This document shows, piece after piece, positions 57,176 to 64,000 of a DNA stretch of 64,000 nucleotides (positions are counted from its first letter, which is position 1; each line of letters opens with the position of its first letter). This stretch comes from a virus. Location: the IMG/VR virus record IMGVR_UViG_3300042874_000443, positions 93,409 to 157,408 of that record. One strand, given 5' to 3'. The position numbers and the translations under genes were made by a program. Under the pieces are notes generated by a model. That model ran no database searches and was not told the DNA's origin. It saw only the letters and a program-made list of their open reading frames with translations.

Positions 57176-57423
57176 AGCTTCCCAAGAACCGGATCAAACG
57201 CATCCACGTCAACCAGAAGAACTTGCGCGCGAACCGCAAGGACGGCGGGCGCCGCCCCTTGATCACGATCCAGACGAGCAAGGGGCCGTTGTACGCAGAC
57301 CGTGTCGACATCAAAGGTGCTTCGGCGCTCGTGAGTCGGCCGAACAAGCCGTTGGCCTGTGGTGCACGGATCTGGATCGAGACGCGCGCGGAAGTGCACT
57401 ACACCCGGAGCAAACATGGCTAA
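57172..57423 (+). CDS. Hypothetical phage protein
   Basis: RIHVNQ...KPLACGARIWIET. Confidence 0.7.
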   Translation: MKLPKNRIKRIHVNQKNLRANRKDGGRRPLITIQTSKGPLYADRVDIKGASALVSRPNKPLACGARIWIETRAEVHYTRSKHG

Positions 57424-57586
57424 ACCCAAGCAGGAGTACGTTCACGTCATCGACAAGAAGACGCGCAAGTCCATCGAGGCCATCGGTCCATCGGCGGACG
57501 CGGAGCGTGTAGCTCGCGGCGTGTCCATCAACCTCAACCACGAAGACTACGAGCTGGCGATCAGCCCAAAGAAGACGTGGCCATGA
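57416..57586 (+). CDS. Hypothetical protein
   Basis: GGAG RBS; AERVARGVSINLNHEDY. Confidence 0.65.
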   Translation: MAKPKQEYVHVIDKKTRKSIEAIGPSADAERVARGVSINLNHEDYELAISPKKTWP

Positions 57587-57819
57587 CGTTGCGTGAAGTC
57601 CTCGCCCGTTCGAAGACGCCGCCCAAGGTCGGTGACCATGAGATCGTCGTGGGCCCCGACGGAATGGCGCACATCCTCGTCATCTCGCACGTCGACTTCG
57701 AGAACCCCGTCGAAACGCACATGAACTGGGACTGCCCGTGCCGTGCGATCAAGACGGGCAACCCGATGGACTTCGAAGTCGCGCCGTCCATCACATGTCT
57801 GCAATGCATGCTTTTGTGA
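57583..57819 (+). CDS. TCxxC array member 1
   Basis: GPDGMAH...CPC...ITCLQC. Confidence 0.75.
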   Translation: MTLREVLARSKTPPKVGDHEIVVGPDGMAHILVISHVDFENPVETHMNWDCPCRAIKTGNPMDFEVAPSITCLQCMLL

Positions 57820-58244
57820 TCTGCGGCTGGTGTGGTTCGAAGGACACGGACGCGGAGTTCGTCGACAACGGTGTCGGGATGCAGCAAGTGTCGGCGGCGA
57901 CCTGCGGGAACTGCGGTGCGACGCAGGTCGGTCCCTACGACGAGGGTGAGATCGACCCCGAAGATAAGAAGCGCGGCTGGCACGCCGGGCACGAATCCTC
58001 AAACATCGCTGCGCGTGCAACACGCTTCGACGGCCCGTCTATCTACGCCAGCGACTTCGTCAACGGCGAGACGATGCTCATCCAGTACCAAGGCACCGTG
58101 CACCAAGCGTTCAAGCGCCTGTCGTTCTCGGCGCCGACGTTTCAGATGTTGTGCGGGCTCGAGGTCGAAGTTGCTGATCGCCCGCCTGTCGACGCTATCA
58201 CCTGTTTCGAATGCATCGCCTACGACGCGAAAGGAAGACCATGA
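57816..58244 (+). CDS. TCxxC array member 2 (Zn-ribbon fusion)
   Basis: CGWC..CGNC then QGTVH...LCG...ITCFEC. Confidence 0.75.
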   Translation: MICGWCGSKDTDAEFVDNGVGMQQVSAATCGNCGATQVGPYDEGEIDPEDKKRGWHAGHESSNIAARATRFDGPSIYASDFVNGETMLIQYQGTVHQAFKRLSFSAPTFQMLCGLEVEVADRPPVDAITCFECIAYDAKGRP

Positions 58245-58633
58245 AGATCGACTTGGCACTCCTCCGCAAGGAGGTGACGGTCACTCTCGAGCGCGAAGAA
58301 GAGGACTCGGCCTACACTGACGGCCACTTCCAACGCGAGGACGGCTCGAACAACGACGAGCTGTGCGCCTGGATTCGCGACGAGCTGCGCTCGGGCAACT
58401 ACTGGGCGTGGTGCGTCGCCCACGTGACCGTCATGTACGACGACCTCAAGGCCGAAGAGTGGCTCGGCGGCTGTTCCTACGAGTCCGAAGCGGACTTCAA
58501 GAAGGGCGGCTACTACGAGAGCATGATCGACGAAGCGCTTCGGTCTCTCGCCAAGGACCTCGAGTCGATGGCTAACGCCCACATCTGGGAACACGACCCC
58601 GTGACGTGCTTCAAGTGCGTGGTAGCAGCGTAG
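58241..58633 (+). CDS. TCxxC array member 3 (unrelated domain plus C-terminal motif only)
   Basis: ...HIWEHDPVTCFKC. Confidence 0.7.
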   Translation: MKIDLALLRKEVTVTLEREEEDSAYTDGHFQREDGSNNDELCAWIRDELRSGNYWAWCVAHVTVMYDDLKAEEWLGGCSYESEADFKKGGYYESMIDEALRSLAKDLESMANAHIWEHDPVTCFKCVVAA

Positions 58634-58830
58634 AGACGTGGACCGACGACGCGGGGTTGACCCACATCCTTCGGACCAAGAACATCCGTTGGTCCCGCTG
58701 CCTTCGGGAAGTTCCCCGCGCGCAGTCCGTCGACTGGATCGATCGCCCCGCACGCGTCCCAACATGCCTTGCCTGCATCGGCCGACAGGATGGGAAGCTT
58801 CCCTATGGCGAACGAACGAAAGTTCCATGA
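58615..58830 (+). CDS. TCxxC array member 4; start uncertain
   Basis: WTDDAGLTH...SRC...PTCLAC. Confidence 0.7.
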   Translation: MRGSSVETWTDDAGLTHILRTKNIRWSRCLREVPRAQSVDWIDRPARVPTCLACIGRQDGKLPYGERTKVP

Positions 58831-59005
58831 CACCCCGCAACTGCTGCGCGACAGGGCAGGCGTCGTCCATGAGAGCGCCGGCACCTACAACATCAACTCG
58901 CTGGCGGTGTGTGAGCTGGGTACGTCCGACTTCAACCTCGGCGAAGGGATCGAGCAAGTCTACGACCTGCCCGTTACGTGCCTGCGCTGCGTCGGGGCAC
59001 GATGA
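58805..59005 (+). CDS. TCxxC array member 5
   Basis: RDRAGVVH...AVC...VTCLRC. Confidence 0.75.
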   Translation: MANERKFHDTPQLLRDRAGVVHESAGTYNINSLAVCELGTSDFNLGEGIEQVYDLPVTCLRCVGAR

Positions 59006-59193
59006 CGCTGCTTCGTGACGCGAACGGCTTCGTCCACGGGACCCGCAGCCACGGCATGACTATCCTTCTCTGCGAAGAGAAGGACGGTCACCGTGACTAC
59101 GGAACCCTGATCCACGCGGACGAGGATCCGACCATCGAGTGCATCACGTGCTTGCAGTGTCTCGCGGCGCCGGAACCGACGCGTCGCCGGTAG
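59002..59193 (+). CDS. TCxxC array member 6
   Basis: RDANGFVH...LLC...ITCLQC. Confidence 0.78.
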   Translation: MTLLRDANGFVHGTRSHGMTILLCEEKDGHRDYGTLIHADEDPTIECITCLQCLAAPEPTRRR

Positions 59194-59347
59194 CCGTCGT
59201 CTGGACGAACACCATCGTGCCGATCAGCTCGACCAGCCACTGCTCTGCATCGCTGCCACGCCCCGTTGCAGCGCAAAGCGCCGCCATCCACGCGAGCGCC
59301 TTCGGGCACTGCTTGGTCGAGAACATGGAGTAGAGACACGTCCACAT
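59144..59347 (-). CDS. Small antisense-oriented gene interrupting the array
   Basis: MWTCLYSMFSTKQCPKALAW...; high GC3; fills the only gap in the array; CCCGATAATC upstream. Confidence 0.45.
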   Translation of the reverse strand: MWTCLYSMFSTKQCPKALAWMAALCAATGRGSDAEQWLVELIGTMVFVQTTATGDASVPAPRDTAST

Positions 59348-59387
59348 GGCGGCTTCTTCGGAGGCACGATTATCGGGTAAACGTCGC

Positions 59388-59609
59388 ATGAAAGGGGACA
59401 ACAACATCGTGCGTCAAGAATCGTTCCCCGTCAACTGTCTGTTGGTTTGGTCGGACAAACATTCGGGTGGGGGCTTACGGCATTGCACGACGAATCATCG
59501 TCAAAACGAGACGCCGTGCGGTCTTTGGACCAAGCGACTGTTCTACCAAGGCCCCTACGGCTGTCGCGAAGAAGCGACGATCACCTGTCTCCGGTGCACG
59601 CTTGCGTAA
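59388..59609 (+). CDS. TCxxC array member 7
   Basis: WSDKHSGGGLRH...TPCG...ITCLRC. Confidence 0.72.
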   Translation: MKGDNNIVRQESFPVNCLLVWSDKHSGGGLRHCTTNHRQNETPCGLWTKRLFYQGPYGCREEATITCLRCTLA

Positions 59610-59799
59610 GCGAAAAGACCGGTCATTCGCGCGTTACTATGAAGGTAACGATGGCCTCCGACATGTCGTTCACAAGAACAGCATCTGGGCTGCGTGCGGG
59701 CAATCCATCCTCGACGTCAAGATCTGGGGCGGTAGCAAGATGGTGACGTGTCTATTGTGTTTGGGTGACGCGGACAAACGTCGTTGGGGGACTTCGTGA
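59602..59799 (+). CDS. TCxxC array member 8
   Basis: GNDGLRH...AACG...VTCLLC; TTG start. Confidence 0.7.
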   Translation: MRKRKDRSFARYYEGNDGLRHVVHKNSIWAACGQSILDVKIWGGSKMVTCLLCLGDADKRRWGTS

Positions 59800-59996
59800 G
59801 TCCGGACATTCGTCTCTTCACCGACAACACCGGCGTCACGCACTGGCGCTACATCATGACGGGCATCCTGTTCGTTTGCGGCAAGGAGCAAACGTACAAA
59901 AGTTCGTTCGAGCCCGAACACCCCGGCTACCCAACCTGCGTGGCGTGCATCGCCATGGTGGACCGGGATCAACACTTCGTGCCTTCGAGGTACTGA
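59796..59996 (+). CDS. TCxxC array member 9
   Basis: FTDNTGVTH...FVCG...PTCVAC. Confidence 0.75.
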   Translation: MSPDIRLFTDNTGVTHWRYIMTGILFVCGKEQTYKSSFEPEHPGYPTCVACIAMVDRDQHFVPSRY

Positions 59997-59997
59997 C

Positions 59998-60210
59998 ATG
60001 ACGATCAAGCTCAAGGACAACCTCGTGCACGCGACCCAAGAACACGAGAGCAAGGACCGCTACGGCAAGACCGTATGTCAGGTCTCGTACACCACTGACC
60101 CTGTCCACGTGCGGGTCATCAACAACAACGTCTACGAAGACACCGCCGTTGCAAAAACGGCGAAGCCTCCGCTCACGTGTCTGTTGTGCATCGCGAGGAG
60201 TACGGCATGA
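59998..60210 (+). CDS. TCxxC array member 10
   Basis: KDNLVH...TVC...LTCLLC. Confidence 0.75.
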   Translation: MTIKLKDNLVHATQEHESKDRYGKTVCQVSYTTDPVHVRVINNNVYEDTAVAKTAKPPLTCLLCIARSTA

Positions 60211-60749
60211 AAACAACCTACAAAGTCAAACGTGGGCACGTTTGGCACGTCGTGCACGAGACCAAGACAGGGCAGGCGCGTGTCAGTGCCTATACCTTGT
60301 GCGGGTCGAACTACGAGCACGGCGAACGCAGCACACGCCAGCCGACGTGCCCCAACTGCTGCAAGCTCGACAACCCCCTGACCCTCACGAGCGAAGAGCG
60401 CGTGATCCTGAAGGACGCCGCGCGCATCAACCGTTGGCAGGACGCTCCCCGGCACTCACGTGCGTTTCAGCGTTTGGTCCAGGTCGACTACATCACCCCA
60501 GACGCGCAGCTGACCCGTCGAGGCCTCATCCTGATGGAGGACTACGACCTCGGCCCCGTCCCGCTCGCGGACCTTAGTGGCCTCGTTCACTCACGCGTCG
60601 CGCTCGGCGGGACCCAGGCGTGTGACCACATGCGCCACCTCGCCGACGCGGACAAGATGACCACCGAACGCTACGCCAAGCTCCGGAAGATCAGTGATCA
60701 GGTCATGGTAACGTGCATCCAGTGCATCGCACATGAAGACCTACGCTGA
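60207..60749 (+). CDS. TCxxC array member 11 (two modules flanking a wHTH-like segment)
   Basis: VWH...TLCG...PTCPNC; LTRRG; DLSGLVH...AC...VTCIQC. Confidence 0.78.
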   Translation: MKTTYKVKRGHVWHVVHETKTGQARVSAYTLCGSNYEHGERSTRQPTCPNCCKLDNPLTLTSEERVILKDAARINRWQDAPRHSRAFQRLVQVDYITPDAQLTRRGLILMEDYDLGPVPLADLSGLVHSRVALGGTQACDHMRHLADADKMTTERYAKLRKISDQVMVTCIQCIAHEDLR

Positions 60750-60897
60750 CTCCAAAGGCGTCGTCCACGTGTTGACGCGGCAGTACCCGGACTGGACGTG
60801 CTGCAACCAACGCATCAACGGTGTCGTCGAACAGAACTCGAGCAAGTTCCCGACGTGCCTCTGGTGTGTTATCAGCCGACTGTGGAAACCCTGGTGA
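60733..60897 (+). CDS. TCxxC array member 12 (54 aa, not in ORF track)
   Basis: MKTYADSKGVVH...WTCC...PTCLWC. Confidence 0.75.
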   Translation: MKTYADSKGVVHVLTRQYPDWTCCNQRINGVVEQNSSKFPTCLWCVISRLWKPW

Positions 60898-61067
60898 CCT
60901 GCACGGACGACGAAGGCGTCGTCCATTACGCGATACACCACGGAACCTGGTGCGGCTGGTCGCGCACGTGGGTCGGCGGTGAGTGGTTGATCGACAAGCA
61001 ACCCAAGATGGTGACGTGCATCGAATGCATCGTGCAGCAAAGCCGCAATGACCCGCCGCGCCCGTAG
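60894..61067 (+). CDS. TCxxC array member 13
   Basis: TDDEGVVH...TWCG...VTCIEC. Confidence 0.75.
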   Translation: MTCTDDEGVVHYAIHHGTWCGWSRTWVGGEWLIDKQPKMVTCIECIVQQSRNDPPRP

Positions 61068-61533
61068 TCCATCCAAGGGCTCGAAGCTCAAGCCGGCCAT
61101 TCGCGCGATCCTCGAACGAACCCGAAAAGCGCGTGCCGAACTGGACGCGTTCATCAAGGAGGCCCATGGCCCAGCCACGCCGGACTGCGACAACACGCAG
61201 GCCGCCCCCGCTTCCGCCGACACACTGGCCGGACGGGGAGCACCGCAGCTGGACGACGGTGGACGTCGGAGTCCGCCGCGCGATCCTGACCCTGCTCCAC
61301 AACCGAAGCCCGACAGAAGACGTCCTCCGGCAGTTCCCGCGCGTGACGATCGGAACACTGGCCGCCGTAAAGGCACAGTTCGGCCGCCGACCCCGCAGGC
61401 GTTGAAGGATGTGCTCATCGCGCTGTTCAAGAACGGCAAGACGATAGAGCAAGTGTTAGTGGTTCACCCGACTGTTTCGAAGGGGACGCTCGTTGCAATC
61501 AAAGCGAACGTCACCCGTGGTGCCTATAAATAG
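61048..61533 (+). CDS. Basic/Pro-rich hypothetical protein
   Basis: 161 aa, C-terminal HTH-like segment. Confidence 0.55.
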   Translation: MTRRARSPSKGSKLKPAIRAILERTRKARAELDAFIKEAHGPATPDCDNTQAAPASADTLAGRGAPQLDDGGRRSPPRDPDPAPQPKPDRRRPPAVPARDDRNTGRRKGTVRPPTPQALKDVLIALFKNGKTIEQVLVVHPTVSKGTLVAIKANVTRGAYK

Positions 61534-61627
61534 CGCACGCGAAACAGGTAAAAGAATACATAGAGTAGGACGCATTTCCGCGCCTACCGAAACCATTGAC
61601 GGCCACAAGCTGTCGAAACGGAGATCT

Positions 61628-62353
61628 ATGTCTGACGAAATGGTCGCGCTCGCGAAGAAGTACATCAGCAACCTCAGTGCCAAGGGCGTTCTCTACATCG
61701 AGGCGGTCGAGATGATCGCTCGGGGGCACAAGCTGATCGAGGAGGGGGAGAAGATGCTCCACCACCTCGAAGGCCGGAAGCCGAAGAACCACGCCGGCTA
61801 CGGCGGCACGCAGGGCGGCAAGCTCCTGACGGAGGCACTGTCGAGCGAACCGAACCAGGTGCTCAAGCGGATGTACAAGGCCCTCGCCAAGACGCAGATG
61901 TCGTCGAAGGAGCTGGCGCTGGCCGCCGGCTGTTCCGACACCTACGTCCGCAAGGTTCTGGAGAGCGACAACGGCGTCGTGCGTGTCGGCACCGGCAACC
62001 AGGTCAAGTGGGCGATCGCTGGAACGGTGCCGGCGCAGAAGAAGGCCCGCAAGACCAAGAAGACGGTCGCCAACAAGACGGCGCGCAAGAAGGCCAAGCG
62101 CACCAGGACCGGCGCTCTCCAGGCGAAGTGCAAGCCGGCCGACCCCGAGCAGGACAAGAAGGACCAGGACAAGGTCGTCTCGTTGCTCAAGGAGACGCCG
62201 GGCCTGTCCATCGGTGCCCTCATGAAGAAGACCAAGCGCAGCTTCTATCCGCTGCAGCGGGCCATCAAGGTCTGCGTCAAGGACGGGCGCCTCACGCCCG
62301 TCAAGACCGAGACGGATAACGGACGCAAGGTCGCGACGTGGACACCGGCATGA
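61628..62353 (+). CDS. Basic DNA-binding protein: two wHTH-like domains with a K-rich linker
   Basis: SSKELALAAGCSDTYVRKVL; KKARKTKK; GLSIGALM...DGRL; GGAG RBS. Confidence 0.65.
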   Translation: MSDEMVALAKKYISNLSAKGVLYIEAVEMIARGHKLIEEGEKMLHHLEGRKPKNHAGYGGTQGGKLLTEALSSEPNQVLKRMYKALAKTQMSSKELALAAGCSDTYVRKVLESDNGVVRVGTGNQVKWAIAGTVPAQKKARKTKKTVANKTARKKAKRTRTGALQAKCKPADPEQDKKDQDKVVSLLKETPGLSIGALMKKTKRSFYPLQRAIKVCVKDGRLTPVKTETDNGRKVATWTPA

Positions 62354-63057
62354 ACGCGCGGGTTCGCGAACGTTTGCGCCAAAACAACATCAGTCCGATC
62401 ACCGGACAGAGGTACGTGCGCACGTACCCCGGGGATGCCGAAGACAAACGTGTCGCGCAGCTGTTCACCTACCACCACGCGCGTCTTGCGCCGAGGGCAG
62501 GTGCTGCAGTCACGCTCACGGGAACCATGCCGCTACCGGAGGCCCTGCTCATGCGGGACTTCCTGAAGTGGCCGAGCGATCGGGTCTACTTCGTCGATTG
62601 GGCGAAAGACAAGAACGCGCGTCCGTTGGTTCTCGCGGGCTTTCGCGACATCAAACGTCTCTGGCCCACCGCGCACGTCGAGCATCGTGACATCAACGAT
62701 GTCGTCGAGCGGCTTCCGATGATCGGATTCGCCAACCTCGATTTCATGGGCTTCGACCGTCGAAGCGTCATGCCGTGTGTCCGCAAGACCATCGAACGCC
62801 TTGCTCGGGGAGGGGTGATGTCTCTGACGTGGTTCCGCGGCCGTGAGGTCGATGAACCGTGCCGATCTGCGTGGGATGTGTTCGAAGTGGCTCGTGACGT
62901 CGAAGACCTCGACGAACGAAGACACATCGGGGTCCAACGCCTCGTCAACCGATGGGCATGCGCTTTGAACGTGACGCTCGAGTGGGTTGGTGGGCTGGAC
63001 TACCAGCACAAGAACTCACCGATGAGCGTCATGGTCTGGCGCCGGAAGGAGACATGA
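62350..63057 (+). CDS. Putative Rossmann-fold methyltransferase-like protein
   Basis: VYFVDW, HRDI, FANLDFMG, LARGGVMSLTW. Confidence 0.5.
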   Translation: MNARVRERLRQNNISPITGQRYVRTYPGDAEDKRVAQLFTYHHARLAPRAGAAVTLTGTMPLPEALLMRDFLKWPSDRVYFVDWAKDKNARPLVLAGFRDIKRLWPTAHVEHRDINDVVERLPMIGFANLDFMGFDRRSVMPCVRKTIERLARGGVMSLTWFRGREVDEPCRSAWDVFEVARDVEDLDERRHIGVQRLVNRWACALNVTLEWVGGLDYQHKNSPMSVMVWRRKET

Positions 63058-63260
63058 TGGGCATCAAGTACAAACTCGTCAGAGACGGCAAGACCGCAGA
63101 TGTTTCACTGCGCGTCTCGTCGATTGCGAATGGATGGGTCATCAAAGCAGGTGGAAAGCCGTTCTTCGTCAACACGGAAGAAGAACTGCTAAACGCTGTC
63201 CGTGAGTTGCTTGTGGCATATACGAAGGAAACGAGCGCGCTACCGAAGGAGACGCCGTGA
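63054..63260 (+). CDS. Hypothetical protein
   Basis: AAGGAG RBS; IANGWVI. Confidence 0.65.
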   Translation: MMGIKYKLVRDGKTADVSLRVSSIANGWVIKAGGKPFFVNTEEELLNAVRELLVAYTKETSALPKETP

Positions 63261-63865
63261 TGGATGAAACACACATGAGCGAACGGATGCGCAAGACCGC
63301 AAGCTCGCTCGTTCGTGCAATTCGCGCGCATGTCGGAGAACTCGAGAAGGTCGCGCTCAAAACACGTGATCCTCAAGAGATTCAAGATGTCCATCTTGGG
63401 GCGCACATCGCGTTGTGTAACGCGATCGGTTTCATCGAGATGGTAATCACGCAAGAGGTGGAAGAGCGGGAAACCGCTGTTGCACTCCTTGACGCGCAAC
63501 TCCAGCGCATACGTGAAGTCGGGCGGATGGATGCACGTCTTCAAGCAGGTGAAGACGTCACCATCAGCGCAGAGGGCCATCTGCTCGCGGGGGACGCTCT
63601 CTACACCCAGGCGCAACACCTAGTTAGCGGCCTGGTGACGGTGCATGTGCAAAGGAAGCAGTCGCACGCGCGCTACGACGCGTTGCGGGTGTTGCACGGT
63701 GCCTTGGCATGGCAGCTCGGTCGACTCGAGCGCCATCTCATGGTTGTTGATGAGCCTGACATCGAGAACAAGGTGCGTGCTCAACGCGAGCAGCACATGA
63801 AAGAGGGCGACCACAAAGGAAGCCACGAGACAGGTTCGTCCTGTCCCGACTGCAGCGACGCGTAG
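63257..63865 (+). CDS. Hypothetical coiled-coil protein
   Basis: AAGGAG RBS; C-terminal H...CPDC. Confidence 0.65.
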   Translation: MMDETHMSERMRKTASSLVRAIRAHVGELEKVALKTRDPQEIQDVHLGAHIALCNAIGFIEMVITQEVEERETAVALLDAQLQRIREVGRMDARLQAGEDVTISAEGHLLAGDALYTQAQHLVSGLVTVHVQRKQSHARYDALRVLHGALAWQLGRLERHLMVVDEPDIENKVRAQREQHMKEGDHKGSHETGSSCPDCSDA

Positions 63866-63878
63866 TTCTGCAGTCTCC

Positions 63879-63917
63879 GGGGCGCGGACAAACGTGTCCG
63901 CTCCCCTTTCCACTTTT
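63879..63917 (+). terminator. Intrinsic terminator
   Basis: ggggcgcggaca-aacg-tgtccgctcccc followed by tttccactttt. Confidence 0.6.
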
Positions 63918-63980
63918 CCACCTTGCGTCCGATTGGACCTGGGCGTAACAACCGAACACGGCCACAAGCCAAGTTGGTAG

Positions 63981-63989
63981 GATAAACAT
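63981..63989 (+). promoter_or_regulatory. GATAAACAT motif, preceded by GTTGGT as at 12972
   Basis: gttggtaggataaacat versus gttggtgtgataaacat. Confidence 0.5.
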
Positions 63990-64000
63990 GATGACAGATG

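Noticed and set aside
57583-61067. CRISPR array, integron cassettes or DGR as the cause of the periodic motif
   Set aside because: No identical DNA repeats, attC-like palindromes or TR/VR pair, and no reverse transcriptase or integrase in the window. Recurrence is at the amino-acid level with synonymous variation.
61525-61532. T4-type late promoter TATAAATA
   Set aside because: Single copy coinciding with Tyr-Lys-stop codons, and no gp55-like gene is seen; kept only as a possible variant of the local motif.
1-64000. Stop-codon reassignment
   Set aside because: Long conserved genes are intact in code 11, and TAG, TGA and TAA all end genes at sensible, often coupled, positions.
1-64000. tRNA or rRNA genes
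   Set aside because: No cloverleaf or T-loop pattern noticed in the few intergenic gaps; this was a by-eye check only.

Overview
This window is a segment of a large, GC-rich tailed dsDNA phage genome, probably a jumbo myophage, using the standard genetic code. No host can be assigned from the sequence. Minus-strand blocks carry packaging and virion genes: a gpA-like terminase, putative head proteins, tail fibre, baseplate, M23 peptidase, a hub with a lytic-transglycosylase insert, tape measure protein and a -1 frameshifted chaperone pair. A group-3-like sigma factor sits inside the baseplate operon. These blocks are interleaved with plus-strand DNA and nucleotide metabolism genes: DEDDh exonuclease, MoxR ATPase/vWA pair, DUF932-like protein, RuvC, intein-containing class II RNR, DinG, RNase HII, GHKL ATPase, ParB and MazG. 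A divergent ThyX and a dNMP kinase lie on the minus strand. From about 42 kb onward there is a dense run of small, Cys-rich accessory ORFs. The most striking feature is an expanded family of about 16 mini-genes with consensus Dx(2)G[VL]xH...C...[VIP]TCxxC. Thirteen lie in a near-continuous array at 57.6-61.1 kb and three are dispersed. They share a fixed His/Cys scaffold around a hypervariable middle, and several are below the ORF-track length cutoff. Also seen by eye: a repeated CCCTATAATT late-promoter-like motif, a second GATAAAC motif, and an intergenic RNA with a Kt-7-type kink-turn. All family assignments come from motif recognition, not database searches.
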